In this document: piece by piece, positions 1-10,464 of the stretch | How positions within the stretch are numbered: position 1 is the stretch's first letter | Layout: each line of letters begins with the position of its first letter | From: Planctomycetaceae bacterium | GTDB lineage: Bacteria; Planctomycetota; Planctomycetia; Pirellulales; Pirellulaceae | Reading direction: 5' to 3' | DNA: 64,000 bases | Assembly (NCBI GenBank): GCA_020638995.1 | Contig: JACKHM010000002.1 | Coordinates: 902,902 to 966,901 of the forward strand | The notes under the pieces: model-generated | Databases searched by the model: none | Seen by the model: only the letters and a program-made list of their open reading frames with translations | What the model was told of the DNA's origin: nothing | Made by a program: the position numbers and the translations under genes

Positions 1-737
1 CCGCGGCAGGACACATCGGTCCAAATATGCAAGTCGATCACGACATCAGCCTTCTCATTCCAGAAATCTGGTGTCGCCTCTCGGCGGAAGAACGCAATCC
101 GAAGTATTTAATCAAAGAGAAACTCCTCGAGCGACTGGAAGACTTCGAACATGACGGCGAAAGGATACTCGCCAGCCGGCTCGGATATCGAATCAACCAC
201 CGGTTCGTGCGTCGATTCTTCGGACGCGTCTTCGACAACCCGACCAAAGTTTTTGACAAGTCATTGCTTCAGCCTGAAACGCAAAATATGGACGCCTTCG
301 CAGACGGAATTAAGTACGTCACCGAAGCTCATCAACAAGTAGCTTTGGGGTATCTTGCAGATGGTTCCATTGATGAGGCATGCCCTCCGCTCCGAGCGTT
401 AATTCATATCATGGCCCACGGCGAGTTCGATGGGATGACGATTTCAGATGAGCGACTTCGGAACATGTTCACACGCAAATATCTCTTGTCGAGCAACTGG
501 TATCGTGACCGCCTGGCCACGAAACAAAACCGTGACGTCGCGCTCTGGCAACGGCACTTGAATTACGTGGAAGCGTATACATCGGACCCAAGTCGAGCCG
601 ATGTTGCCAATCGACTCAGACTCGATGATCGGCGTGAATACGCCCGCGTTCAACTAAACGCGTCGCGATCGCCAGACTATCTCGAAACGCACATAGGCAC
701 CTTAGGTGCAGACTCGTTGGCTCCGAAGCCGAGTTGA
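1..737 (+). CDS. C-terminal fragment of a larger conserved hypothetical protein (5' end lies outside the window)
   Basis: The frame is open from base 3, with no stop before the first ATG at 27, and ends at 735-737. Composition is balanced and non-repetitive. I could assign no family motif. Confidence 0.5.
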   Translation, partial: AAGHIGPNMQVDHDISLLIPEIWCRLSAEERNPKYLIKEKLLERLEDFEHDGERILASRLGYRINHRFVRRFFGRVFDNPTKVFDKSLLQPETQNMDAFADGIKYVTEAHQQVALGYLADGSIDEACPPLRALIHIMAHGEFDGMTISDERLRNMFTRKYLLSSNWYRDRLATKQNRDVALWQRHLNYVEAYTSDPSRADVANRLRLDDRREYARVQLNASRSPDYLETHIGTLGADSLAPKPS

Positions 738-977
738 GGTGCGGGCTCGGCACTCCGACAACCACAGGCCGCTAGCAATGCTAGGCCTTCGTTGTGTGCC
801 TTTGCACTGGCAAGTTATGACGGTTGTACGAGTCTTGATGAACTAAATCGTCCTTAGGTTTGTTGGGATCGCCGTAATTGTACAGATCGTAAGTGGGAGT
901 GGACGAAGAGACATATATCGACAATCGTGCGTTTTTCTGCGTCACGACCCGATCCCCCCATCTATCGAACTCACGCT

Positions 978-2579
978 ATGCAACCAACTTCCGGACAGCA
1001 GCTTCGCCGCTACTTGCTCGCGGTACTGGTACTTTCCAGTCCTGCTGCGGGCAATGGGGCCGAACTCAAGCTCGCTCCGGTAATCGATTTAAATCCGCGG
1101 CACACCGCGGCGGCTATCAATCCGACGGTCGAGCCAAAGACGCTAATTGTGGCTGCTGAGGCAATACCGCTGCCTATCGAGTCAGATCAGACGCCCACCG
1201 CCGCTCGTCCAACCTTGGTTGGAGCCAATCCGACCGTCCAATATGCGGCACCGTTTGACCCTACGAAAGTAAGTGCGTCGCAACAAACTTCTCGGGACAA
1301 TCAAATAAAAAGTGTTGCACCCGTGATTCGAGTCTACGAACCGATTCGCGAATTAAGCGTCGAAAAGCGGAACACGGCGACCGTCACTTTGGCCCAGCCG
1401 AGTCGCCTTCCCTCCAACTTGCCAGCGTCGCCCGTCACTTTGGAGCCGATTTATCGCTCGGTGTTCCTGTCAACACGAACGGATCGACTAACTCGTCGCT
1501 TTACGGCAAAACATCAGCACGATGTCCTCCCCGACCAACTTGCTTCTCGAGTGATAACGATGCTCGATGTCCAAGCGAAACATTCTTCCGAAGTGGTCAC
1601 TCATGAAACTTACGACGCGCCGAACCCCAGATCGCGGCCTACTGATAGGCAAAGCCAGGTCGCTGGTATGGTTCGAATTGCCGAGCGGAATCCTCTATCT
1701 AACGAGTCAGTATCGGACAAGTCAGTTGACGATGTTCCCGCGGCAATAGGCGGTTCGGGCCCACGACCGCCCCAACGACGTCTCTCAGCTCCGATCATCG
1801 AGCTCGCAGCGAATCCGGTTTCGCGAATTGCCTCTCCGATCCCGGACAGTCCGAAACAACCTGCCGAGGTTCCCTCCGAACCAGTATTGCGTCTCGTCGA
1901 CGAGTCTCTCGCCGAAGTCGCATCGCCCACACTCGAGCCCGCCGCAGAATCAGCTTCCGAAATACTGAAGATCCCGCCGACTAAGCCTTTGATACAGTTT
2001 GCTGATGTCGAACCGCTATTGAAGTTCGCCCAACAATCACCAGCTACGGCAGACTTGCCAGTACCGGACGCTGAGCCCGAACTTACGAAAGAACAGCTTG
2101 CCGACTTGGAAGAAATTGAGGCGTTCGACCTGGACCTCAAACCTATTCACTCGCTATCGGCTCGCACGAAGCCGGAAGCCGGCGAGTTGCCAAAGAACTA
2201 TGCGGCGGCACGCTTTGCTCGCGAAGGCGAGATCGCTCATCGCATGGGGTATAGCCGAGCGGAATTGGAAACGACGATATCCTGGGAAGCACCCGCAATC
2301 TGTCATCGACCTTTGTACTTTGAAGAAATCAATCTGGAACGCCATGGGTACAAGGTTCCGCTGGTTCAACCTGCGATCTCGGCGGCACACTTCTTCGGTC
2401 GTGTTCCGTTATTGCCGTACATGATGGTGAGCGAAGGCCCTCGCAAGTGCCAATATACACTGGGCCACTATCGACCTGGGGACTATGCACCATACTCACT
2501 GTACGTGCCCCGACTTCGGCTCGACGCCAGCGCTGCCGAGTTGGCGGTTATCGCTGGCGTGATCTTTGCCTTCCCGTAA
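978..2579 (+). CDS. Secreted Pro/Ser/Ala-rich hypothetical protein with a conserved C-terminal CHRPLYFEEINLERHGY block
   Basis: ATG at 978 gives a signal-peptide-like N-terminus (MQPTSGQQLRRYLLAVLVLSSPAAG). The middle is long and low-complexity. The last ~110 aa are Cys/His/aromatic-rich and end in a hydrophobic tail (AVIAGVIFAFP). Confidence 0.6.
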   Translation: MQPTSGQQLRRYLLAVLVLSSPAAGNGAELKLAPVIDLNPRHTAAAINPTVEPKTLIVAAEAIPLPIESDQTPTAARPTLVGANPTVQYAAPFDPTKVSASQQTSRDNQIKSVAPVIRVYEPIRELSVEKRNTATVTLAQPSRLPSNLPASPVTLEPIYRSVFLSTRTDRLTRRFTAKHQHDVLPDQLASRVITMLDVQAKHSSEVVTHETYDAPNPRSRPTDRQSQVAGMVRIAERNPLSNESVSDKSVDDVPAAIGGSGPRPPQRRLSAPIIELAANPVSRIASPIPDSPKQPAEVPSEPVLRLVDESLAEVASPTLEPAAESASEILKIPPTKPLIQFADVEPLLKFAQQSPATADLPVPDAEPELTKEQLADLEEIEAFDLDLKPIHSLSARTKPEAGELPKNYAAARFAREGEIAHRMGYSRAELETTISWEAPAICHRPLYFEEINLERHGYKVPLVQPAISAAHFFGRVPLLPYMMVSEGPRKCQYTLGHYRPGDYAPYSLYVPRLRLDASAAELAVIAGVIFAFP

Positions 2580-2594
2580 CGATCGTCGATCGGC

Positions 2595-3953
2595 TCACTT
2601 GCCAATACAGAACCGGCTGAAAATACGATCGAGAATATCATCGGTGTAGATCGCGCCAACAACGGTTCCCAATTCTTCCAGTCCAACGCGCAGCTCGCCG
2701 GCGACCAACTCCTCGCCCTGTGATTCGTAAGCGACGATTCGGGCCTGCTCCAAACTAGACCTCGCACGCCGCAAACTGTCGTGACAACGCAAAGCCGTAC
2801 TCATCACGGCATCGCAATTATCGCCTGAAACTCTCGCGTAAATTGCCTCGCGCAACTCCAGCAGCCCGAGCCCGGTAACGCTACTTGTTCGAATGGCTTC
2901 ACCTTCAAAGTGCTCCCAGGCACCAACGTCTACCTTCGTTACCACAAGCAGCCGCGGTAGATGCGCTGTGCGGGAGTACTCACGGCGTTCCCAAACATTC
3001 AGCGGGCGAGTCGCATCGACACAGTACAACACCAGGGCCGCGTCATGCTCTTTGGAACGAGTCGCCGTCTGGGCTTCAGAGGCGATTCCACCCAAACGCG
3101 TTTCCGGCTCGATACCGGCCGTGTCGATCATCGTGATAGCGCGATTCGCCAGTTTGAAGCGGCGTGTGACATAGTCGCGCGTCGTACCCGAAACATCCGA
3201 CACGATCGACGCATCATCTCCTACCATCGCATTCAGTAGGCTACTTTTACCTACATTCGGGCTGCCAACGAGCACCACGCGTGGGCTGTCGTCCGCGTCG
3301 CTCCGCGATCGCATCTGCTGCTGAACAGCGCCCACGATTTCTATCGCTGAATCGAGTCCCTGAATCAACTCATCACGTTTGATAAACTCGATGTCTTCCT
3401 CAACGAAATCCAAGCCAGCCTCAAGATGAGCCAACATGTTAAGCAAGCGTTCGCGCAACTGATGCAACGGAGTCGCCAAGCCGCCAGCCAACTGTGCTAG
3501 CGCGACATCCAAATCTCTCTGACCGGTCGCATCGATCACTCCAAGCACGGCTTCGGCTTGGGTCAAGTCAAGCCGCCCTGCCAAGAACGCGCGCATGGTG
3601 AATTCACCGGGCTGAGCTAATCTTACACCGCGCTCACAAAGCGACCGGAGGATCGCCTCCAAAACCGGAGGTGCGCCTATCGTATGCAACTCGACCGTTG
3701 GCTGACGTGTGTAACTACGTGCGCTTGGCCATGTGTAAGCGGCACACGGCAACTCACCCAGTGCCCCTCCAACGGACAGAACTCCTTCACATCTTTCTGC
3801 GAAAGCTAATTGTTGCAGTTCGACTCCACAGTTCGACCGAAATTGCCGCGCAATCATGGCGACACTGTCGGGTCCGGAGACTCGCACAATCCCACGCAGC
3901 CCTCCGCCGGGGGCCGAAGCGATCGCCGCAATCGTATCGTCTACTTGGTGCAT
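2595..3953 (-). CDS. mnmE: tRNA modification GTPase MnmE (TrmE)
   Basis: N-terminus TIAAIASAPGGGLRGIVRVSG, G1 GSPNVGKSSLLN, G3 DTAG, and the C-terminal FCIGK signature. ATG 3953 is preferred over the longer ORF start at 4022. The gene lies directly downstream of yidC. Confidence 0.93.
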   Translation of the reverse strand: MHQVDDTIAAIASAPGGGLRGIVRVSGPDSVAMIARQFRSNCGVELQQLAFAERCEGVLSVGGALGELPCAAYTWPSARSYTRQPTVELHTIGAPPVLEAILRSLCERGVRLAQPGEFTMRAFLAGRLDLTQAEAVLGVIDATGQRDLDVALAQLAGGLATPLHQLRERLLNMLAHLEAGLDFVEEDIEFIKRDELIQGLDSAIEIVGAVQQQMRSRSDADDSPRVVLVGSPNVGKSSLLNAMVGDDASIVSDVSGTTRDYVTRRFKLANRAITMIDTAGIEPETRLGGIASEAQTATRSKEHDAALVLYCVDATRPLNVWERREYSRTAHLPRLLVVTKVDVGAWEHFEGEAIRTSSVTGLGLLELREAIYARVSGDNCDAVMSTALRCHDSLRRARSSLEQARIVAYESQGEELVAGELRVGLEELGTVVGAIYTDDILDRIFSRFCIGK

Positions 3954-4059
3954 GGACGCGGGGCTTTCGCATGAGCTGCAAGTGTGAGACCGACGGTTCC
4001 TCCACGCGATCGTTGGCAGCACTCGTCCTACCTACAACGCTTGGGCTTTGTCCCAAGTG

Positions 4060-6465
4060 CTATCTAGTCTTGTTTCGCCTCTTGCGCGCCGCCTTCTTTT
4101 CCTCGACGCCGTTCGAGCCTGAAGGAGGAATCTTCTTGGGCGGCGGGTTACCGCCTCCACTGCCAGCGGAGAGACTCACTTTTGGCTTGGGAACCAACTT
4201 CCGTTCCGCGATTCCCCAAAGGCTCGAAGCGATGAAATACAAACACAATCCGCTCGCAACCTTGAAGAACAAGAAGCCCATGAACAATGTCATGTACTTC
4301 ATCATCTTGAGCTGCATCGCCGATTGCTCGTCCGTTGCTGGAGGCGTGAACAGCTTTTGATGGACAAGAAACAAACTAACCGTGATCAGCGGAAGAATGT
4401 TCAAATAAGGACCGAGCATCCCCGTCTCCGCGACGAAGAAATTCGGCATGAACGACTTCCAGTATAAAAACTGATCGGGCCCGGCCAGATTTGAGCACCA
4501 TTCAATCCCCGGAATCAGTGCCGCTTGCCGCAGTTCGATGTCAACTGCGATACAACGATAGAGCCCGAGAAAGATGGGCAATTGAAGAAACATTAGCCAG
4601 CATCCGCCAAACGGATTGTAGTTGTGCTTGCGGAACAACTCCTGCTGCGCCTTGGCTCGTTTCTCCATATCGCCTTTGTACTTTTCCGTGAGCTTTCGCA
4701 TCTCAGGAGCCAACTCTTGCATCATCGCGGCGTTCTTCGCTGCCTTGCGGCTGATCGGAAACATACAGCCACGAACAACAACCGTCAGCAGGATGATCGC
4801 GACTCCAAAGTTACCAACAACGCTGTAAAAGAAATGCAGAATTGTTTTTAGCACCTTGGAAATGGCACCGAACCAGCCGTAGTAGATCACATCGCCCAAT
4901 CCATACGGCTCAAGCACGTCGGGATCTTTGGGACCCAGGAATATGCGGAAGCTCTGCTTGTAGCTGGCATTACCCTCCAGGCTGATCGGAGCGCTATCCA
5001 ATCTAAATGTCACATCAGTAGTGCGACTGTAGCCCTTTGGTTGCTTGCTCACGTCGCCGATCGCATACGCCTCGGCACGATCGAAGACATCATAACCAGT
5101 ACCCTCCTGGCCAGTCGGAATTAGTGCCGCCGTAAAATACTGAGTGTCGACACCAAGATAATCGAGCGTTCTGCTGGGCACTTTCTCGTCGTCAGCAAAA
5201 AGCGTGATCTCTTTGTCCGTCGGCTCCTTCTTTGCAATCTTGTAGAGTTCAGGACATCCTACCAACCGACGCTCGGCCTTCGTACGGATCAAAACATCCC
5301 GCGCACCCGCGCCGTAGAACATCTTGGGATGAATCTTCGCTGAGTACCACCAACCTTCCATCGGCAAACCAGTTGGTCCGCCAAGCGAGTAAGCCAGTCG
5401 GCGCGGTGCATCGGCTGCATTGCTTAACTCCAACTCCATATCGACGTGATAGGCGAGCGGTGGATTCGGTGCAGCCGATTCTTCCACCGATGCAAGGTCT
5501 TCAGCTTTGCCAAGGCGGAATCTCTTAACGAGTTGAATCGGCTCGCCAGATTCAGTCGACTCGTCAACCATTACGCGAAACTCGAGGACACCGTCTTCGA
5601 TCTTCTCGACTTCCCAATTCCTCTTACTGGGTGAATCGATGGATACGGTTCTGACGCCGCTCTTCTCTGTCAACGACAGCAAAAAGGACAGCGGATGCGG
5701 AACCAGTTCGTCTTTTTGAAGCGGATCAGGGCGAATCAGCTCAAGCGGTCGCACGTCCAACTTGGCAGTCAACTCTAATTTGCCACTAGAGTTCGATCCC
5801 GGACGGTGGACTTGAAGCGAGATCGAATCGCCCGGCTTCTTTCCAGCCAGCACCTGTGTCAATGCCGAAGGCTCGTCAATCGGCATGCCATCCACGGCAA
5901 GTAATATGTCATCACGTTGTAATCCGCTCAGTTCGGCGGGGGTACCATGCCCGACAACATTGACTTTACACCCTAACTCGGCCCGTGGAGTCAGGGCCAG
6001 ATATCCAAAATAACCACTCTTGTCTTCCAGATTGCGATACTTGAGCTTTCCTTTAGCGTCTCGCGTCGTGAGTTCGACGCGTTCGATAGCGGCCCCCCGA
6101 TTATTGAAGGTCACTAGTAACGAGTGTTCGCTATCAGCGGCATAAGATCCGAGGGTCTCCCAACGCTGTTCGATCAAAACGGGCGTCTCGACGTCGCGAA
6201 CCTCGGAATCCGCAACAGGTTCTTCAGGCGACGGATCGGCGATTGGTTCTGATGCGTGCTCACCCAGTGAGGCCGGTTCGCCGTCCAACGCTGCGGCTGT
6301 CTCGTCGGAAGCGGGGACCTCGCCCTCTTGCTCCGCAACCGGGGGCGTCGGAAAGAACATTCGCGCCAACATGCTGTACCCGACCAGAATGCCGAGCGAC
6401 AGCCCAAGAAACAGAACGAAACGCTTTTCCACAGTCGGGAACCTTACACGCAGCAGAGCCAGCAC
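4060..6465 (-). CDS. yidC: Membrane protein insertase YidC (long form with a PDZ insertion in the periplasmic P1 domain)
   Basis: Insertase core motifs are present (HNYNPFGGCWLMFLQLPIFLGLY and MKYMTLFMGFLFFKVASGLCLYFIASSLWGI) plus a basic C-tail. An N-terminal TM is followed by a large periplasmic region. The start is GTG 6465 or GTG 6432 (VEKRFVLFL). Confidence 0.92.
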   Translation of the reverse strand: MLALLRVRFPTVEKRFVLFLGLSLGILVGYSMLARMFFPTPPVAEQEGEVPASDETAAALDGEPASLGEHASEPIADPSPEEPVADSEVRDVETPVLIEQRWETLGSYAADSEHSLLVTFNNRGAAIERVELTTRDAKGKLKYRNLEDKSGYFGYLALTPRAELGCKVNVVGHGTPAELSGLQRDDILLAVDGMPIDEPSALTQVLAGKKPGDSISLQVHRPGSNSSGKLELTAKLDVRPLELIRPDPLQKDELVPHPLSFLLSLTEKSGVRTVSIDSPSKRNWEVEKIEDGVLEFRVMVDESTESGEPIQLVKRFRLGKAEDLASVEESAAPNPPLAYHVDMELELSNAADAPRRLAYSLGGPTGLPMEGWWYSAKIHPKMFYGAGARDVLIRTKAERRLVGCPELYKIAKKEPTDKEITLFADDEKVPSRTLDYLGVDTQYFTAALIPTGQEGTGYDVFDRAEAYAIGDVSKQPKGYSRTTDVTFRLDSAPISLEGNASYKQSFRIFLGPKDPDVLEPYGLGDVIYYGWFGAISKVLKTILHFFYSVVGNFGVAIILLTVVVRGCMFPISRKAAKNAAMMQELAPEMRKLTEKYKGDMEKRAKAQQELFRKHNYNPFGGCWLMFLQLPIFLGLYRCIAVDIELRQAALIPGIEWCSNLAGPDQFLYWKSFMPNFFVAETGMLGPYLNILPLITVSLFLVHQKLFTPPATDEQSAMQLKMMKYMTLFMGFLFFKVASGLCLYFIASSLWGIAERKLVPKPKVSLSAGSGGGNPPPKKIPPSGSNGVEEKKAARKRRNKTR

Positions 6466-6578
6466 TTAGTTGCCGTCGCTACGAGGACGGCCATCAGCAG
6501 GGCAACGGTTAGCGATTGGAGCGAGTTTGTGAACTGTAATTCTCCAGCCAGGGCCGATTCTTGCAATGGGAGAACAAT

Positions 6579-7331
6579 TCACCGCCCCTCGCCCAGGCGA
6601 TCTCCCAGGAAGTTGTCAAGATCGGGCGTATCGTAGATTTTACGGGCGGTCGTGGCCCGATCATAAGCTACACGACGGAAATGTACTCGCCGCCGATCTT
6701 CAAGCACCACATAACTTGCGTTCGGGTTACCATCCCGAGGCTGCCCGACACTGCCAACATTAATCATCGTCTTGCGCCCGTTTAACGTATAGCTACCGCT
6801 GACTTCATGAGGCGAGAGAAACCGGCAGTCTTCGGTGAACACCCCAGGGACGTGCGTATGTCCCTGGAAGCAGGCTTCTGGAATTAAGCTAAAGATGCGT
6901 GCCAATTTGCGAGGGTTATAGACATCCTCCGGAAAGACATACTCGTTCAACGGATTTCGCGCCGATCCATGCACGAAGAGCAAACTCTCCTCGCGATGCT
7001 GACGAGGCAGTTCGCACAAGAATGTCCAGCGTCTTTTACGAATCTCCTGCGAATCGTCCGGAGATTCCAGTTGCCTTCTCGTCCAGAAGATTGCCCGCTC
7101 GGCACCGCTGCTAAAACCTTCGGGATCAAAAAGAGCGCCCTGGTCGTGGTTGCCAAGAACGCACAAGTCGAACTCCATCGCGCGATCGACGCAATCGCGT
7201 GGATTGGGACCATAGCCGATAATATCGCCCAAGCAGTAGATTTTCTCGACATCTTGCGAGGCGATATCCGCAAGCACCGCTTCGAGCGCTTCGAGATTAC
7301 CGTGGATATCACTGAGAATTGCGAGTTTCAC
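6579..7331 (-). CDS. Metallophosphoesterase family protein (YfcE/MJ0936-like), paralog 1
   Basis: Ordered motifs [24 protein letters not shown] and QGHTH. Confidence 0.85.
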   Translation of the reverse strand: MKLAILSDIHGNLEALEAVLADIASQDVEKIYCLGDIIGYGPNPRDCVDRAMEFDLCVLGNHDQGALFDPEGFSSGAERAIFWTRRQLESPDDSQEIRKRRWTFLCELPRQHREESLLFVHGSARNPLNEYVFPEDVYNPRKLARIFSLIPEACFQGHTHVPGVFTEDCRFLSPHEVSGSYTLNGRKTMINVGSVGQPRDGNPNASYVVLEDRRRVHFRRVAYDRATTARKIYDTPDLDNFLGDRLGEGR

Positions 7332-7411
7332 AAACCGGCCTCTGATGCTCGTCTGCCCGTAACTGCGTCGCCCGCAAGTCTAGGAGCGGTCATGTGATGC
7401 GTCAAGTGTTG

Positions 7412-8164
7412 CTACCGGCCCGAGCGAAGCCGATCTCCCAACATGTTATCGAGATCTGGGATGTCATAGATCTTTTGCGCCGTCTTGTCGACGTCGTAGT
7501 CTACGCGTCGGTACGTGAGTATCGAGTCTTCAATTACGACATAACAACACCGAGGATCATTATCGCGAGGTTGTCCGACGGAGCCCACGTTAACCATAAC
7601 AGGCTCGTCACCCAATCGATATCGATAGCTAATGTCTTCAGGAGGTAAAAACTCTCGGTCAACGGTAAAAATTCCCGGGATGTGCGTATGACCTTGAAAG
7701 CAGTACTTGTTCACTCGCGAGAACAACGCATCCATCTTTCGCTGGTTGTAGACGTCTTCAGGGAAGACATACTCGTTCGTGGGCTCTCGAGGCGAACCAT
7801 GCACAAACAGGTAATCTCCCTCCGAGTGCGTTCTCGGCAACTCGCCCAGGAAGTCCCATCGACGGTTGAGCTGTGCTGGCGTACCGCTTCCCGTCTCTAA
7901 TTGCTCACGAGTCCAGTAAACCGCCTGCAAAGCAACCGGGTTGAAGCCATCGGGATCAAAAAGAGTTGCCTGATCGTGATTACCGAGTATCGTCACCTGC
8001 GAATGTCTAATAACCAGATCCAGACATTCACAGGGATTCGGCCCATACCCGACGATATCGCCAAGGCAGTATATTTCGGAGATCTCCTGAGAACGAATGT
8101 CCGCCAAAACGGCGGTCAGCGCCTCGAGATTGGCGTGTATATCGCTGATTAAAGCTCGCTTCAC
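7412..8164 (-). CDS. Metallophosphoesterase family protein, paralog 2 (tandem duplicate)
   Basis: It has the same motif set ([29 protein letters not shown]) and is colinear with the neighbouring gene over its full length. GTG 8164 lies 9 nt after a GGAGG and is preferred over TTG 8173. Confidence 0.85.
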   Translation of the reverse strand: MKRALISDIHANLEALTAVLADIRSQEISEIYCLGDIVGYGPNPCECLDLVIRHSQVTILGNHDQATLFDPDGFNPVALQAVYWTREQLETGSGTPAQLNRRWDFLGELPRTHSEGDYLFVHGSPREPTNEYVFPEDVYNQRKMDALFSRVNKYCFQGHTHIPGIFTVDREFLPPEDISYRYRLGDEPVMVNVGSVGQPRDNDPRCCYVVIEDSILTYRRVDYDVDKTAQKIYDIPDLDNMLGDRLRSGR

Positions 8165-8423
8165 GCCACACAACCTCCAACAACGGCGTTCGTTGGGCTA
8201 AGGGTCCCGTTCACGACGGGAATAGTCTCGAAGCCAGATTACCTAACTCGCGTCGTAACTCCAAACGCGACAGTGTACTAGGACGTTCCGAGACGTGCAA
8301 TATCCCGACCAGCCGTCCGATGGTGCCACACAACTGCTTCATTCTATACACTAGCATCTCGATTCGCCCACCGGTGGCCGGAATCGAACTTACCGCTCCC
8401 TGGCAACGAGGCCGCAACGACCC

Positions 8424-9110
8424 GTGCGAATTATCGCTCTCGAAACATCTGGCTCCACCGGCTCGATCGCCGCCATGGGCGATGGCCGCCTGATTGTACA
8501 AACAAGCCTCAGCACGGCGCAAAAAACCGCACAGTCGCTGGCCCCGACGTTGAAGAGCATCCTACGCGACGCGAATTGGGAACCGAACGCGGTCGAACTT
8601 GTTGCCGTCACCAGCGGGCCGGGTTCCTTCACCGGTCTCCGCGCTGGAGTCACCAGCGCCAAGGTCTTTGCCTATGCAACGGGTGCTCAGGTCTTGGCGA
8701 TCAACACGCTGGAAGTTATCGCCGCGCAAGTCGAAAACGCATCCGGCGAACTCTGGGCAGTTATGGACGCTCAACGAAAGCAAGTTTTCGCGTCAAAGTT
8801 CGCACCGAATAAATCTGGTACGCCAGAAATGCTACTACCCACGCAGATTCTCGATGATGCAGCCATGATCGGGAAACTCGCCAGCGGCGAGCTCGTAACC
8901 GGAACCGGTCTGGCTAAATTATTGCGATATGTGCCGAGCGAGGTCCGAGTCGGTCCAGAGAACTCATGGCAGCCTCAAGCCGCAACTCTCGGACGGCTTG
9001 CGTTTGCAAAGTACCGATCCGGTATGAGAAACGACGTTTGGCAACTAGCGCCCGAGTACTATCGCAAGAGCGCGGCGGAAGAGAAGTTTGACCAAGGATT
9101 GTTGAAATAG
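8424..9110 (+). CDS. tsaB: tRNA threonylcarbamoyladenosine biosynthesis protein TsaB (YeaZ)
   Basis: GTG start. N-terminus is MRIIALETSGSTGSIAA, followed by VAVTSGPGSFTGLRAGV, typical of the TsaB/YeaZ ASKHA fold. Size is ~228 aa. Confidence 0.85.
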   Translation: MRIIALETSGSTGSIAAMGDGRLIVQTSLSTAQKTAQSLAPTLKSILRDANWEPNAVELVAVTSGPGSFTGLRAGVTSAKVFAYATGAQVLAINTLEVIAAQVENASGELWAVMDAQRKQVFASKFAPNKSGTPEMLLPTQILDDAAMIGKLASGELVTGTGLAKLLRYVPSEVRVGPENSWQPQAATLGRLAFAKYRSGMRNDVWQLAPEYYRKSAAEEKFDQGLLK

Positions 9111-9153
9111 GCGCGACGCCAGGGAAATACTTCGACGCTACTAACGCTCCATC

Positions 9154-10449
9154 CTAGCTTATGGCCAGCGCTGCTTTAGCAGCATCAATTGTCTCGTCGA
9201 TATCAGCTTCGGTGTGCGCCGCCGAGACAAAGAGTGCTTCATACTGGCTGCACGGCATATAAACCCCACGATCCATCAATCCCCAAAAATATTTTCCAAA
9301 TCGCGCGGTGTCACACTTTGCAGCTACTTGCCAATTGTCCACAGGCGATTCGTTGAAAAACAGAGTCAACATGCTGCCGACACGAGTTACGGTGTGAGGA
9401 ACGCCTGCCGAGTTAGCTGCATCACCCAACCCTTCAGCCAATCGAGCACTCAGTTGCTCTAAACGAGGATATGGATTTTCATCTCGTAATGTTTGAAGTG
9501 TCGCGATACCAGCGGCTGTAGCGATCGGATTGCCGCTGAGCGTGCCAGCTTGAAACACCTGACCCGCCGGCATCACGTGATTCATGATCTCGGCTTTGCC
9601 GCCGTAGGCTCCGATCGGCATCCCTCCGCCCACGATTTTTCCGAGCGTGGTCAGATCGGGCGTGATCCCGTTCAAGGATTGCGCTCCACCGAAAGCAACT
9701 CGAAAGCCTGTCATGACCTCATCGAAGATCAGTAGAGCATTGTGTTGCGAAGTCAGTTTTCTCAAAGACGTCAGGAACTCAGGCGAGGGGATAACGGTGC
9801 CCATGTTGCCTACAATTGGCTCCAGAATGACACCAGCAATCTGCGCTCCGTAGTTCTCGAAAGCAGTCTCGACGCCAGTCACATCGTTGTAGGCTAGCAC
9901 AAGCGTGTCTTTTGTTGTTCCCGCGGTAACGCCCGGCGAATTTGGTACCCCCAACGTCGCGGCAGCACTACCCGCAGCCACCAGCAGGCTATCGACGTGT
10001 CCGTGATAGTTGCCTGCGAACTTTACGATTACATCACGGCCCGTATATCCTCGGGCCAGACGGATCGCACTCATTGTGGCCTCCGTACCGGAGTTCACGA
10101 GCCGCAGTTTTTCGATCGAAGGGACCGCATTGATGATCAACTCGGCGAGTGTGTTCTCGGCTTCCGTCGGCGCACCAAAACTAGTGCCCCGCTTGACGGC
10201 TGATTCAATGGCGTGCGTTACCTTCGGGTGTGTATGTCCCAGAATCATCGGCCCCCAGGAGCCGATGTAGTCGATGTAGCGATTGCCGTCGACGTCAAAT
10301 AGATAAGCACCTTCGCCGCGTTGCATCACGACGGGTTCGCCACCGACAGCACCAAATGCCCGAGCCGGACTGTTGACACCACCCGGCATCAATTGTTGTG
10401 AGCGTGCAAAGATTTCGTGACTCTTCTCGCGACCCATCAAAGACTCCAT
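9154..10449 (-). CDS. hemL: Glutamate-1-semialdehyde 2,1-aminomutase
   Basis: N-terminus is SQQLMPGGVNSPARAF. The PLP-lysine context is TTLGKIVGGGMP. Size is 431 aa, and the gene is adjacent to hemB. Confidence 0.95.
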   Translation of the reverse strand: MESLMGREKSHEIFARSQQLMPGGVNSPARAFGAVGGEPVVMQRGEGAYLFDVDGNRYIDYIGSWGPMILGHTHPKVTHAIESAVKRGTSFGAPTEAENTLAELIINAVPSIEKLRLVNSGTEATMSAIRLARGYTGRDVIVKFAGNYHGHVDSLLVAAGSAAATLGVPNSPGVTAGTTKDTLVLAYNDVTGVETAFENYGAQIAGVILEPIVGNMGTVIPSPEFLTSLRKLTSQHNALLIFDEVMTGFRVAFGGAQSLNGITPDLTTLGKIVGGGMPIGAYGGKAEIMNHVMPAGQVFQAGTLSGNPIATAAGIATLQTLRDENPYPRLEQLSARLAEGLGDAANSAGVPHTVTRVGSMLTLFFNESPVDNWQVAAKCDTARFGKYFWGLMDRGVYMPCSQYEALFVSAAHTEADIDETIDAAKAALAIS

Positions 10450-10464
10450 TTCTATCGATACGTG

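Noticed and set aside
3671-4360. A 229-aa plus-strand ORF spanning the mnmE/yidC junction
   Set aside because: It overlaps the 5' end of mnmE and the 3' end of yidC on the opposite strand. It has no motif support, whereas both overlapped genes have strong family signatures.
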